A DNA stretch of 64,000 nucleotides from the human T2T-CHM13v2.0 reference genome, Homo sapiens: assembly GCF_009914755.1 (NCBI RefSeq), contig NC_060928.1; one strand, given 5' to 3'. This document shows, piece by piece, positions 14,313 through 30,054 of this stretch; position 1 is the stretch's first letter, and each line of letters starts with the position of its first letter. A program made the position numbers and the translations under genes. The notes under the pieces were generated by a model. It was not told the origin of the DNA. It did no database searches and worked only from the letters and a program-made list of their open reading frames with translations.

Positions 14313-14889
14313 CATGATGTTATTGGCTCCTGGGCTTTTCCATTGGCTGTTGCTTTTATTTTTATTTTTTTCCCCACTCATATTGTGACTGTGACTATGT
14401 AGATTCTGCTGATCCACTCTTTTCTCTCTCCTATATACTTCAAGTATTTGGGTAACACAGTATTGTAACATATATATCTATAAATGTTTTGAAGAATGTT
14501 AGTATTTAACTTTTTTCAAATTTATATCAAAGTTCTGAATCGAAATAAACCATTCAGTATATGTTTGTTGAATAAATAAACATCATTTATACAAAATACC
14601 AGTTTCTGGGCTTATAAATACTGGTAAAGCCAGCAAAAGAGTACCAGTCCTTGGAATACTTGGTTCACAGATAACTACACTCAAGTTCTAGATGTGTAAG
14701 CATGATTTCATAAACTTCTTAATTCAAAGGTTCTCATACTACAGACAATCTCCACGTTTTCTTCATTATACATAAATATCAATTTTTCTCCATTTTAAAA
14801 TAATTTAAAAACTTGTAAAATGCAAATTGTATTCCTATATAATTCTGTTGTATTGTCTTGGGAATACATTTTACAACATAAGAGGGCAG

Positions 14890-15133
14890 AGAACTGGTTA
14901 AGAGGCTAGATTCTTGAGTCTGACACAGTGAATTTGTATTCTAACTTCATTTACCTACTGAAAAACCTGAGTGAAATTATTTAGTTTCTTTGAGCACCAA
15001 TTTTCTCATGTTAAAAATGAGGAGATTAATATTAGCTAACTTGTATGGTTGTTGTGAATATTAACTAAAGACAGATAAAATGATTTTTAAAATGTCTGGC
15101 ACATAGAAAGTGCTGTAGAAATATTAAGTGTTA
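14890..15133 (+). mobile_element. MIR SINE
   Basis: caattttctcatgttaaaaatgaggagattaata; ggttgttgtgaatattaa; tctggcacatagaaagtgct. Confidence 0.8.
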
Positions 15134-16158
15134 TCACTCCTAATAATCAGATTAATACTCATGAATTTTAATGAATACGAATTCAAATGATTTGCTTCTC
15201 ACAACTAACAAGGCAATATTCCTATAAAAGCCCATTATAGGAGGATGTAATGCAAAAAATCATAAATATGTAATAGTGTAATATGCACAACATGAATGAA
15301 AACAATTAATATAGTTAATGTGCTTACAAACTAAACTTACATAAACAGGCAAAGCTTTATTTCACGTGCTATTATATAATTATGTAATTAGGTGCCTAAT
15401 TACATATCAGAGACTGCTGTCCAATTAGAGAAGATAAAAGAATGTACTGGAGTGGATCTGAAAAATATTTGGTCAGAAAAACACAGTCTCGCTGAGATTC
15501 CCAGAAAGCACTGCCATTTTGAATAGTTAATATAAGTATTTTTAGAAACAAACTGGAAATGTTTATTAATGATTAAATTAACTTTTAAGGATTTCAACAG
15601 AAAAAATAAAAAACTTAGAAAATATAATAAAATGTTAGCACTCAAGACTGACTGACAAACTGCAATATAGTATTAAATAAATAATGATGTTAGAAAACAT
15701 GTTTGTATGTGCTTTTTCGTAAGTGGTTTCTAACTTTTATAGTTCTCTTTTCAACTTCACCAATGCTATTTGATTCCCTAAATTCAGATCCAGATTTCTC
15801 TTAGTTTTCTTGTGTCTCTTTCAACATTATGCAGAATAAATTCTATTCTTAAGCAATGGTGTCTGAGCATCATGACTATTGCTACCAGTTCAGTTATTGC
15901 ATATTTGGTCTTACCTAGAAAGTAGCACCTTGTTTTAACACCTGTGCCGCAGACATATTTTAATAGAGCCCCTTAAGTTTCTGCAGCCTGCTTCCGTCTT
16001 ATATTTCTTCCTCCCAAGGTTTGAAACCATTATTTAAGAACCTCAATTGAGTAGCAAAAGAATTCTATCCACTAAAAGTCTTCTATGATAAGATTATTAT
16101 CTATTATGTGCCCTTGAGTTGCTATTATCATATAGCACCTGAATATCACGACACTCAT

Positions 16159-16592
16159 AGTTATGAGTTGAATTGTATTCCCCCAATATATGCTGAAGTC
16201 CTAGTCCCTAGTACTTGTGACTGTAAACTTCTTTGAAAATAGGGTTTTGTAAAATAATAATGTAAATTCTTTAGGGCATGCCCTTATCCGATGTGACCAG
16301 TGTCTTTATAAGAGGGAAATGTGAACACTGTGACACACAAGGAGAACATCATATGACCAGAGAGGCAGAGATTAGAGTGATGGCAATGCAAAACAAAGAA
16401 CACTAAGGATTGACAACTACCAGCACAAGCTAGGAAGAGGCACAGTCTACCCAGTCTCAGACCTCAGATCCTTTCCCTGCCCACAGTTTGATTTTGGACT
16501 TCTAGCCTCCAGAGCTGTGAGAAAATAAATTTCTGTCATTTGAAGCCACGCAGCTTGTAGTGCTTTTTAATGTAGCTTCAGAAAACAATACA
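16159..16592 (+). mobile_element. MLT1C-like MaLR solo LTR
   Basis: gttatgagttgaattgt...gaagtcctag; gattttggacttctagcctccagagctgtgagaaaataaatttctg; end aaacaataca. Confidence 0.87.
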
Positions 16593-16627
16593 TTTATCTT
16601 AAAAATTATTTTTTATCTATCTATGAT

Positions 16628-16641
16628 CTCTCTCTGTCTCT

Positions 16642-16671
<30 letters not shown>
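16628..16671. repeat. (TC)n microsatellite, imperfect
   Basis: Direct inspection. Confidence 0.9.
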
Positions 16672-16672
<1 letters not shown>

Positions 16673-17862
16673 ATCTGTCCCCAAATAGCAGCATAGTTTT
16701 TCTGAATTGTGTTTTGCAGACATGGAATAAAAAGTGATGCTTACATGTATCTTAATTTGTAAAAGAAAATATTTAAAATGTTCATTCTTTGTTCCACAAA
16801 ATTAACTTGCAATTCAGTGAACTGTGAGAAAGAGTTCATTGGGATAAACTGCTAAAAAAAAAAAAAAAAAAAAGCTTTGCAGTTGCATAGCCAGAAATAA
16901 TTTCATTTTTACTCACTAGTTAAGAAAGCATGAATTAGTTCAAGATGAAATCTTCAAACTGCTATAGCAGAAGCTTACACCATTTCTTTATTTTCATTAA
17001 CTAAAACTTGTGGAACTCCTTTAAAGCAGAATATATTAATATTAAAACACTATCCTGCATGTAGAAGCCAAAGCTTAACAAATATTTTGAATGAAAAAGA
17101 AATTCATACTTCATAAAGACATTGATTTTACTCTAATAAAATTAATCAAGAAAATAAAAAAAACAAAAAAAAAAAGTTTTTTTTGACCTTAGGACCTTTA
17201 ACAAAAAGGTTTGTTACTCTTTTCTTCTGCACAGGTGGACTTACATAATTTTAAGATTTTGTAATTAATAACTTGAGGATGAAATGTCCTCTTTCAGTCT
17301 AATAATTTTCTTGGCAAATAAACAGAAAAACAACAGCATTAAATAACTTTGGTGTGAGCAAATATATATGACAAATAAAATGAAAATAAATATGACAAAG
17401 ATTTCAGTTTTCTTATTCTTGTAGTCTATAACAGAAAATACTTTAGAGCCTGTACAGTAATAGAGCTACCAGAAGGAATACCAATGATGATTTTGACCAA
17501 GTGGCATTTATGGATATTGATGCATTCTATAGAAAGAGATTTGTGAGAAAGTTATGTGAGGAATATTGTCATTTTTCTTGTAAAAAAATAAATGTATCAC
17601 TGTCTTCTTGTTCTTGCCAACATTTTACAGACTTTGGTTTTCAAGGTATATGTCTGTTATTGCCAGGCAATAAATTTAAAGATTTTTTAAATCTTAAAAA
17701 TACAATTTCTAATTACTGCATGCCCTCCATAGAGTGGAGATCATTAATTGATTTTCATTAAATAACATCATCATAAGAGACAGCTGTCCACTTCCAGTTT
17801 ATGATCCAAGCTCTACTTTAGATTTAATATACAGAAAATGTTTTTCACTTAGGAAAGGAAGT

Positions 17863-18199
17863 TTGCACTTGCAATTCCAGCTACTCAGGAGGCTGAGATG
17901 GGAGGATCACTGGAAGTCAGGAGTTTGGGACTGGCCTGAGCAACATAGTGAGACCCAGGCTCAAAAAAAAAAAAAAAAAAAAAAAAAAGAAAAAAAAAGA
18001 AAAGAAAAGAAAAAGAAAAAGAATAAGAAAAAATTAGCTAGGTGAGGTGGTGAGCACCTGTAGTCCTAGATACTTGGGAGGCTGAGGCAGGAGGACCTCT
18101 TGGGGCCAGGAATTTGAGGCTGCAATGAGCTATGATCGTGCCACTGCACTGCAGTCTGTGCAAAGAGTGAGACCTTGTCTCTTAAAAAAATAAAACTAA
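17863..18199 (+). mobile_element. AluJ with central A-rich linker expanded to ~70 nt
   Basis: Left arm gggaggatcac...gcaacatagtgagacc; A/GAAA run at 17963-18032; right arm gaggctgcaatgagctatgatcgtgccactgcac. Confidence 0.88.
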
Positions 18200-18501
<302 letters not shown>

Positions 18502-19367
18502 CTAGCACTAATCAGAATCTGGAACTGTTTTTTTTTCACCTAGTTTCAGATTAACATTGCATGATCAAATAAAATTCAGCATCAGAAAATGTTTTGTATA
18601 ATTTGCAAATAGAAATTTCAACATTACTGCAATAAATGTTTACCTAGTGTATGTATATACTGATAAATATCAATGTATATTCATTTTAGCTATAGTATTT
18701 TAGAAAATCAAATGAACTGTTTGTGTACAATTTTAATAATATAAAATATAGAAATTCTACTCATTTGCTTTTATTTTTAGAGGGAGTTATAATTTTTATG
18801 ATAAAATATAAATAGGAATTTTTTTATTACAATGCTCATCCTAACAGTATGCCATTCTATTTCATTATTTCCTTGGATGATCACTTTTCAAATATATTAA
18901 TCACCTTGTAGCCAAAATCACAAAAAGGATTTTTACTCTTAACATTAAATAAAACTTTGCCATAGTCTGGCTTCTATGATGGATGTAATAGGATATCTAA
19001 AATCATCTTGAAATGAGAGCAGAGAATTATATACCTGAGTTTCGTAGATTGACAACCTCACTACAAATGATATTAGATGGATCATCTGGGAAGATCTGAT
19101 AGTTGTTTTAGTTACGAATTTGGCAGATGATTGGCAAGAAGCAATAATACAGAGTTCACTGGATGAGTGTGGGGAATGATGCAAGGGCTGTCAGTTCTAA
19201 CTGTTGTTATTACATGTCAGAGGCAGAATTTTAATCCCAGTTTAATAAATTGTACCAAACACAATACTAATAATATGCAGACTGCTTTCATGAGAAGGTC
19301 ATGGTCCTTAATGTGATATTAAGGCACAGTGTAGGAAATTTTTCTTCTTCCAAATTTTTTTTCCAAC

Positions 19368-19387
19368 GTGTGTGTGTGTGTGTGTGT
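19368..19387. repeat. (GT)10 microsatellite
   Basis: Direct inspection. Confidence 0.95.
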
Positions 19388-19789
19388 ATTTCAAGTTGGT
19401 CAGAAAAGGCAAAAAGAAACATACTAACAATTGACTTAGCCCTATGCCAATAATTTCATTTTTTTCTTTGTATGTGAACATTTAAAATAATGAGGTAAAT
19501 AAATGGACAGCAACACTACTCATCTATCAGTATTTTTCTGCAATTAATTTTTTAAAAATTTGGACTTTTAAATTAGTACTCTATGAGGATTTGGGCTATC
19601 TCAATAATTTCCAGTCTCTGCCACATATTATTTCCACTCATTTTTTATCAAGGTTAAATATCTCTAATACAAAAATAAAATGCAATTAAATTTTAATTCT
19701 ATTTAAATTCTTCTCCAGACAATCACTTCTTTTGTTTCAATTACAGTACAATATAGAAACAGTTACTTGCCTATAGGACATCTCTACTT

Positions 19790-20345
19790 ACATACCCATA
19801 CACACTTAAAATCACACTTAAAATATTCAAATTGAATTTATCCCACTGAAACAGCCTGAAATTCTGTATTCCCATCCCACTGAATGCTGCCTTACTCTGC
19901 CCATTTACTTATCCTGAAATCTGGGAGTTAGAATTCATTCCTTCTTTTATATACCCCATAAGCAATCAAACTCTAAGTCGCATATATTATGTTGTTAAAA
20001 TTTCTTTCAAATATATGTTGTTTTATGCATCCTGCCATTGTCTTGTTTAGGAAAGAGTGAACTCTTCTTATCTAACTAGTCTTCCTGACTCCAGGCTGTC
20101 TACCCACTTCTCAACTCATTCTCATATCTTCAGCCAGGGTGACTTTTTGAAAGCAATGTTTAAAATGACGTCCTTTAAAAAATGAATCATCATTGTCCTT
20201 AGAATAATGTGTAAAATTTCATATAGACCTGTCTACTTCTCTAGCTTGATCTTTGCTATCATTTCCCTTATTATCTTCATTTTCACTTTATAAATGCTTA
20301 AGCTGTAGAAAAATGCTTTAATATCTCTTACACTAGAGTGCTTAT
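19790..20345 (+). mobile_element. L2 remnant
   Basis: gaaatctgggagt; tctaactagtcttcctgactcca; cagccagggtgactttttgaaa. Confidence 0.65.
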
Positions 20346-20352
20346 TTTTTTA

Positions 20353-20481
20353 TCCTTCCTCCCTCCCTCACTACCTACCTCTTTCTTTCTTTCTTTCTTC
20401 CTTCCTTTCTTTCTTTCTTTCTTTCTTCTTTCTTTCTTTCTTTCTTCCTTTCTTCCTTTCTTTCTTTTCCTTCCTTCCTTC
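20353..20481. repeat. Complex (CTTT/CCTT)n polypyrimidine microsatellite
   Basis: Direct inspection. Confidence 0.95.
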
Positions 20482-20588
20482 TGAAAGAAAAATATGTTTT
20501 TAAAATAATATCATGGTTTTTATCTATCTTTCTGTCAATTTTTAGTTGAAATCTCTTCCTTCTGGAACTCTTCTATAAGTAGATGACT

Positions 20589-20950
20589 TATTATGGGCTG
20601 AGTTTGGTTCTCCCCCAAAAGATATATTGAAGTCCCAACCTTCAGTACCTCAGCATGTGGCCTTATTTAGAAATAAGGTTGTTACAAATGTAACTGGTTT
20701 AGACAAGATTATACTGGAGAAGAGTAGGCTCTTAATCCAGTTTGACTAGTGTCCCTATCAGAAGAGAAGAGAGACACACAGGGAGAGCACCGGTGAAGAC
20801 ATGTTCAGAGATTGAACTGCTGTATCTGCAAGTCAAGGAGAGCCTGGGGCTATCACAAGCTGGGAGAGGCAAGGAAGCACTGTCTCACTGAGGCTTGAGA
20901 GGAGAGCATGACGTCATCAGCCAGTTATGGTGGCCCAGGAAACTAAATGC
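20589..20950 (+). mobile_element. MLT1B/C MaLR LTR with internal 3' deletion
   Basis: cccccaaaagatatattgaagtccc...agtacctcagcatgtggccttatttagaaataagg; end ggaaactaaat. Confidence 0.83.
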
Positions 20951-21454
20951 GCCTCTATCTTAGATCCTCTTTTAGCATTTGCCTTTTTTTAACCTCTACC
21001 GATTATAATTTCAGTTTAGAAGACTAAGAATTTCTTTTTTATTCATTCAATATACCCAGGGTAAAGAGAGTATTTGACAACCCCAAATAATAATTCAATA
21101 AAGATTCAAATATGATTCATAAAGACACAAAAATTGGTATTTTTGATTATATGAGTGAATAATGGCGTTACTAAGAATACGTATCTATGAGTGTGTTTAC
21201 TATGTATATATGTATGTACCTGTGTGTGTATACATACATTTTTTACACTAGGTAACACATCATACATTCTGCAAGTAGAAATCAAATGTTATTTTCTCTA
21301 AAAAAATAAAAAGAAGGATATAAAAATAGTCACAAAATGAAATAGCTATTTAAAATTATTGGATCCCATAATATTGGTGTTTCTAAACTCATTATAATAT
21401 GATGGACAAACGTAGTCTCATGTGGGGGGAAAAAAGGTGAAAATAAGTAAAAAG

Positions 21455-21722
21455 TAAAAATGAAGCACCACTAAATGTTCTCCCAGAATAGCTAAAAATT
21501 GTAAAATCCAAGGAAACTGAATGCTAGCAAGGATGCAGCAAAGTAACTTTCTTATGAGGCAACTACCCTGGAAAAGTTGAGCATTATGTCATACACATAG
21601 TCTGTGATCCAGCCTTTTTACTCCTAGAAATATAATTTGGAGAGATTGGTGTATATTTTCACCAAGGTACATATTCAAATATGTTTATAATAGCATTGTT
21701 TATAACAACTAAATAATGACCA
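21455..21722 (+). mobile_element. L1ME ORF2 3' fragment
   Basis: ccagaatagctaaaaatt; gcaaggatgcagca; tgatccagcctttttactcctag; gtttataatagcattgtttataa. Confidence 0.7.
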
Positions 21723-22803
21723 ATCTTCTCAGGGGTTTACTCTGGCAGATGGGCCATTGGAATACACAATTTTCCACCGGACCCCTCATCCCTGTGTGGA
21801 CCGGCTCAAGCCTACTCACATGGTGGCCACGGGATTCTTAGGGTCAAGAGAAATCAGGCAAATCCTCGCCAGGCACATGTGCAGAACGATAACACTATCG
21901 CCTCTGCCACTTTCACATTCAGGATATAAAGAATGTTCTTTTACAGTGAAAAATATGTTTAATTTCATCATTTTCTACTGTTAAATATTTTTAAAATTGT
22001 GGATGAGTACAAAATATTTTAAAATTATACTGGATTGTTTTAAGAGCAAACATGTTTATTATCTTAGAATGTTGTTAAACTTTTTAATTCTAGAAGATAT
22101 TTTAAAATTATTTATAATAATATCTCAGCATATTGGAATGTTATGCTGGAAGAACAATTTTACCAGAATGTGTGATTTGATGTCACATATTAGATGAATA
22201 ATATTATATCTGCTGATAATTGGGTTCATTAATTCATTGTATAAGACACTTCTAATAGGAAGCAAATCAAACATATGAAAATTATTATAATTTTGTTTAC
22301 TAAAAATATCAAAATAATAGTCAACATACCTTTTGTCTACACTATAATTTCAATTAAAACATGATTTGTTTATTTTTAAAATTTATGAAATTTATTCAAA
22401 AATGAATGCTTATCCATGCAAAACAGGGTAGAACAATCTAGAAAAGCATATCCATGGATGTCCCATATTTAGCCATATTTGGTTTATTGGTCAGAGTTTG
22501 TTGATTTAGAAGATAACCAATTCATTTTTTATGGAGACAAATTATTTGTAACAAAAATTAGAGTGTACATAAATGTAAGAGGAACTGGGGAAATTAAGGC
22601 CTGTGGAATAAAAGGAGTTTGGAGGATCAGAGAAAGTCATCAACAACACTAAAGCAATTGTGTGCCTAGTTGGTTGGAGCTTACAGGAAATTTTAGAAAC
22701 TTTGCATTTTGGACCACAAAAGAGGTCACAACACTGGGGGAGATCATGAAGATAAGTGAGGAAACTGCCATCTCTGAGAAAACTGCAGCAAAATGTTTGG
22801 GAA

Positions 22804-23088
22804 AGAAGTATCTGAGACAGGTCCCAATCAATTTACAAGTTTATTTTGCCAAGGTTAAAGAAATCTCCAGGAGACATTTTGAGGGCTTCATCAAAGAAGA
22901 TGATTTTGAGAGCTTCAATATTTAGAGAAAAGCAGGCTGGATCGGAAATGGGGAAGGTATGGTCACATCACTGAATCTACATGTTGCAAGAGAAAAGGAT
23001 CAGGTAGGGGAATAGTAAATTATGTTTTCATGAGGTGTTCAGTAAATCGGCACTTCATATAAGATAAAATGAACATTGAGTAGCTACA
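22804..23088 (-). mobile_element. MER4-family (MER4C-like) ERV1 LTR fragment
   Basis: aagtatctgagacaggtcccaatcaatttacaagtttattttgccaaggttaa; catgttgcaagagaaaagg; cagtaaatcggcact. Confidence 0.75.
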
Positions 23089-23274
23089 TACTTCTAGTCT
23101 TAGCCATGTTGACAAACACAATTCAATGCAAATGAGAGGGATACAGTTTCCAGTCTCTACAACACTCAGTATTGGAATTTGAGAATTTTTTTCATCAATA
23201 AGGCTCATAAAATATAAAACTCACCATTCCTTGGACATAATATAGGTAATTCATTAAGCATTTTATTATTTGTT

Positions 23275-24340
23275 GCACTTTCAGCCACTCAATGAATATC
23301 TATTGAGCAACATGATGCCCCAGGAATGATTTGACCTACTGGAAATAAAACAGTGAATGAAATAAGCAAAATCCTCAAAGTCTAGTAAGTTTTTTTTTTT
23401 TTTTCCCAGGAATTAAAGGGTGGTGAGTAGGGAACAAAGAGAAAGACAGTGTAGTAGTTTCCTAGGACTGCCCTAACAAAGTACCACAAACTGGGAGGCT
23501 TAAACAACAGAAATTTATTTTCTCATCGTCTTGAAGGCTAGAAGTCAGAGATCAAGGTGTCAGCGGTGAACCAAACCAATCTTCAGAGCCTTCCCTCCTT
23601 GGCTGGCAGATGGCCATTTTCTCCTTGAGTCTTTACATGGTCTTCCCTCTATATGTGAGTCTGTGTCCTAATCTCCTCTTTCTATTGGAACACCAGTTAT
23701 ATTAAATCGGGGCCCATCCTAATGACCTCATTTTAATTTAATTACCTATTTGAAGACCCTATCTCCAAATACAGTCACATTCTGAAGTCCTAAGGATTGC
23801 GACTTCAACACATACATTTTTTTCTGGGGGTAGGGAAATAAATTTCAGCCCACAACATATGGCAAACAAAAGTTAGTACATAATATAATATCAATTATAC
23901 TGGTAAGAGAAAAAATCAGTATGGAGGAAGCAATTTATGAATTATATAAAGTGATCTAAAAAAGCCTCTAAAATAAAGGGTTATTTGATAAGACACTTGA
24001 GGAAAGTAAAGGACTGAGCTCTGTGGATATTTGGTGATGAAGCATTTCAGGCATAGGAGTAAGTGTGAAAGTAGAGGCAGGAGTTTGCTTATTGCTTTTA
24101 AGGAAAAACAAGTCCAGTGTAGCCAGACTGCAGTATGTAGAAGACAAACTGCCTTCAGATGCTTCAGACAACTGAAAGCGTTTCCATAACTAGATAATGC
24201 AGAGGGTGAAGTACAGAGCGTTTTAATCGGGGAAGTGAAGTTTTCAGGTTGTGTGGTTTTTGGCTACTGGGTGGTGAGCACAGTGAGATGGATCATGCCG
24301 AGTGCTGCTTCAGGGAGGCCAGTTAAAAGCATCTCAGATG
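23275..24340 (-). mobile_element. L2 3' end, interrupted by MLT1A
   Basis: aatgaatatctattgagca; aacagtgaatgaaataagcaaaatcc; ctgtggatatttggtgatgaagcatttcaggc. Confidence 0.7.
23449..23857 (-). mobile_element. MLT1A0-like MaLR solo LTR
   Basis: aacaaagtaccacaaactgggaggcttaaacaacagaaattta; ctaatgacctcattttaa; tctccaaatacagtcacattctga; cagcccacaaca. Confidence 0.88.
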
Positions 24341-26425
24341 AATTCCATTTCTGAAGAAATGTGAAAAGGCCACGTTTTATTGATGCTTTAATTATCAGCA
24401 TTGCATGAGCAAAACACTTTCAATGAAAGCCTGAAATCAGACATTAAAGGATCAAAATTATTTTTAAAAGACTCCAAACTTAAACTTCTAGAAATGTCCA
24501 AAAGTGTAAATGATGAGGCTTTTCGTCCCAGAGGGTTTTATTTAGTTTCAATTTTTAAATGATGTAGCTACTCCTCTTTTTCTCTCCAAAGTGAAGATAA
24601 TAAAATAACAAAAGAAATAATTATATTGAAAAAAGTCATTAATACTGTCACTTGTTATATAATGATAGTATAAATACATATGTAAACAAACATGTGAATA
24701 AAGATATACATTAAAATATATGTTCTATTACTTTATATATCAATCAATATAAGATGAGCATAAAAGGACACTTTTTCTGTTGTACTTGTTAACATTAATT
24801 AAAGTTTAGTACTAATAATTCAAGAAAACACAGTCTACATTTATTACTCACTTTTCTTCTGGAGTTGAAAATAAAGTTGTGTGTGTGTGTATGTGTGTAG
24901 ATATATATTCTTGCTGTGTTTTTTTTTTTTGTTATTTACTAATAGCAGACCAATGTAGATTACTTACACCTTCATGAGTCTTTTCTGTATCTACTTATAT
25001 CTGAGCTGCATATAACAATTTTTACAACAGTATATGATGCAAATTCCTGAAGGTAAAATCCAATATTCTTTATATTCTATTTTAAATGTTCTGTAAATAA
25101 TAAAAAAGCATGCAGCTGTAATTTTCAATTCATTGCAGTCATAATAGAGTTTTATAAATTTATGGCCAGCTAAGAAACTATATCCTTGCTTTGAATATAT
25201 TTTCTGTAGTTCATTCACGTACAATAAATTTGTGTAGTACTCTAAATTTGTTTGTAGATTAACATCATCATGTAATTAAAAATTATAAAATTCTGAAATA
25301 TTTTATCGGATTGTTTGCATGATCATTTAAAAATTATTACTTGAATTTAAAAAACATAACAAGTGTATCAGCTTATCACTAATGCTTATTAAAAGAAAGT
25401 AACCAGCCTTATTCTATTCAGAATGTGATGCTAATGAGGCACTCTGAATGTGTTCTTCATCTGAGCGCACACTAGAGTTCACCTACCACCCACCTCATTA
25501 AGCTCGATATGCCGTCAGTATGAGAAATAGAGTGGTGGATATATAAAATAAATACAAAGCAAAAATTGCCATATGAAGTCAATCTCATGTTTAACTCAAG
25601 GCTGTGTTTCTTACTGTGCTTATCTTTTGTAATAAAGTTCTCTGCACGAAGTCAAATTCTCAATAACAGTTCATTGAACCCACCTGTTATTTTTGGACAT
25701 ATCAGACCAATTAATTTAAATAAAAATGATTTATTGCTTTTGCAAACACACACAAATAAAAGAGAAAACTTTTTAAAGGTGTGACAACTAATCGTATCAT
25801 TTATACTTCAAAAAAGAAAATCAAATTTAATGTGATTTCCTAACGGAAATTGGATGCAGATGCTGTAAACTATGCCCACTTCATTAATAATCTCCAAATG
25901 TAATTTACACTTCTGAAATATAATAAAAATCCCACAGAAACAAATGAGAGATTGATATTAAGTAGCTATTTTTTTAATATTCTGTTTCTTCAAATGTCAC
26001 AGCCATCATTCCAAAGTGGAAAATCAATCAAGAGTTACTAGGTACAATAATTCTAAAAGTAATGATGAGAAGCTATTTAGTTCCCTACTATGTACAAATA
26101 TGTCATCTCATTGTCCATATTTTCTCATTTATTGCTCTAAAATTTTTCACATTTTATATTGGAAGAAACTAGCTCAAACAGACCAAAGCATTTAATCAGG
26201 AAGGATATGTATAATGAGGTTTCACTTTTATGTATTATCTTTAGAAAGATTCTAATACTAAAAATTAGAATGAGATAACAATGTAATTTTCATGAGAACA
26301 AGTAAGAAAACTAGCATGTGTGTATAATTTGATAAGATATTTTATATATCATGAAATTAAAGTTTCATTCTCAAAAAATACTATGACTTACATCCTTTTG
26401 AAATTTTTATAATTAATGAAGCTGA

Positions 26426-26789
<364 letters not shown>

Positions 26790-27559
26790 TAGAATAGTTT
26801 ACTAGATGAAAAAGTTCAATACCAAGTAGATAAGGTAAAAAATAAGACGTCTAAAGCAATTTTTCCTGAAAAACACATTTAAATAAAATAATGCTATAGC
26901 AGGTAATGGGCAGGTTGAAACTTGGAAAGCCCCCAATCAAGTAACTGGAGAATATCTAGTTCTCCTACACAATACGAAGATAATTAAGGATTATCTCAGG
27001 TCTAGCACAGATAATTACAAAATTTTAGGATAGTAGTGACAGTTAAACTGGGTCACTAGGTAGGAATATTATTTTCTGTCCTTTATTATAAGCTTGTTTT
27101 ATTTATTTATTTATTTTTATTTTTTTGCAGGCTGGGATATATATGGGAATAGACACACTGATTCTTTAGTTGGTCAGAGAGCTCACCTTGGGACCACTGC
27201 CAAGAACCTTGAATATCATACTAGTCTCTATGAGACAATCTAGAGGCAACCATGACAGACACTGTGCCCACTGCCCACATCATTATCTAACTTACAATTT
27301 TGCACGTTTTATAGCTGCTTGAAGAGTTAAGCATAGGAAAGCAACTTGGAAAAAAGGGCAAATCATTATTCTCACCAATGTTCAATATTAGCACAGACTC
27401 TATCTTAATGTCATGACTTACCAGAATGTATGGGATAAATGTATAGCTAAACTGGTGTTTAGTTAAATAGTCAGGAACTTTAACTAGAAATGTTTACTAA
27501 AAAGATAGTTAAAATAAATGGAATAATCATTCAATTCAAAAGTTAGATGGGGAATAATA

Positions 27560-30050
<2,491 letters not shown>

Positions 30051-30054
30051 AAAA

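Noticed and set aside
16854-16873. Isolated A20 run as a possible retrocopy tail
   Set aside because: No TSD and no recognisable SINE, LINE or mRNA body upstream; treated as a simple mononucleotide run.
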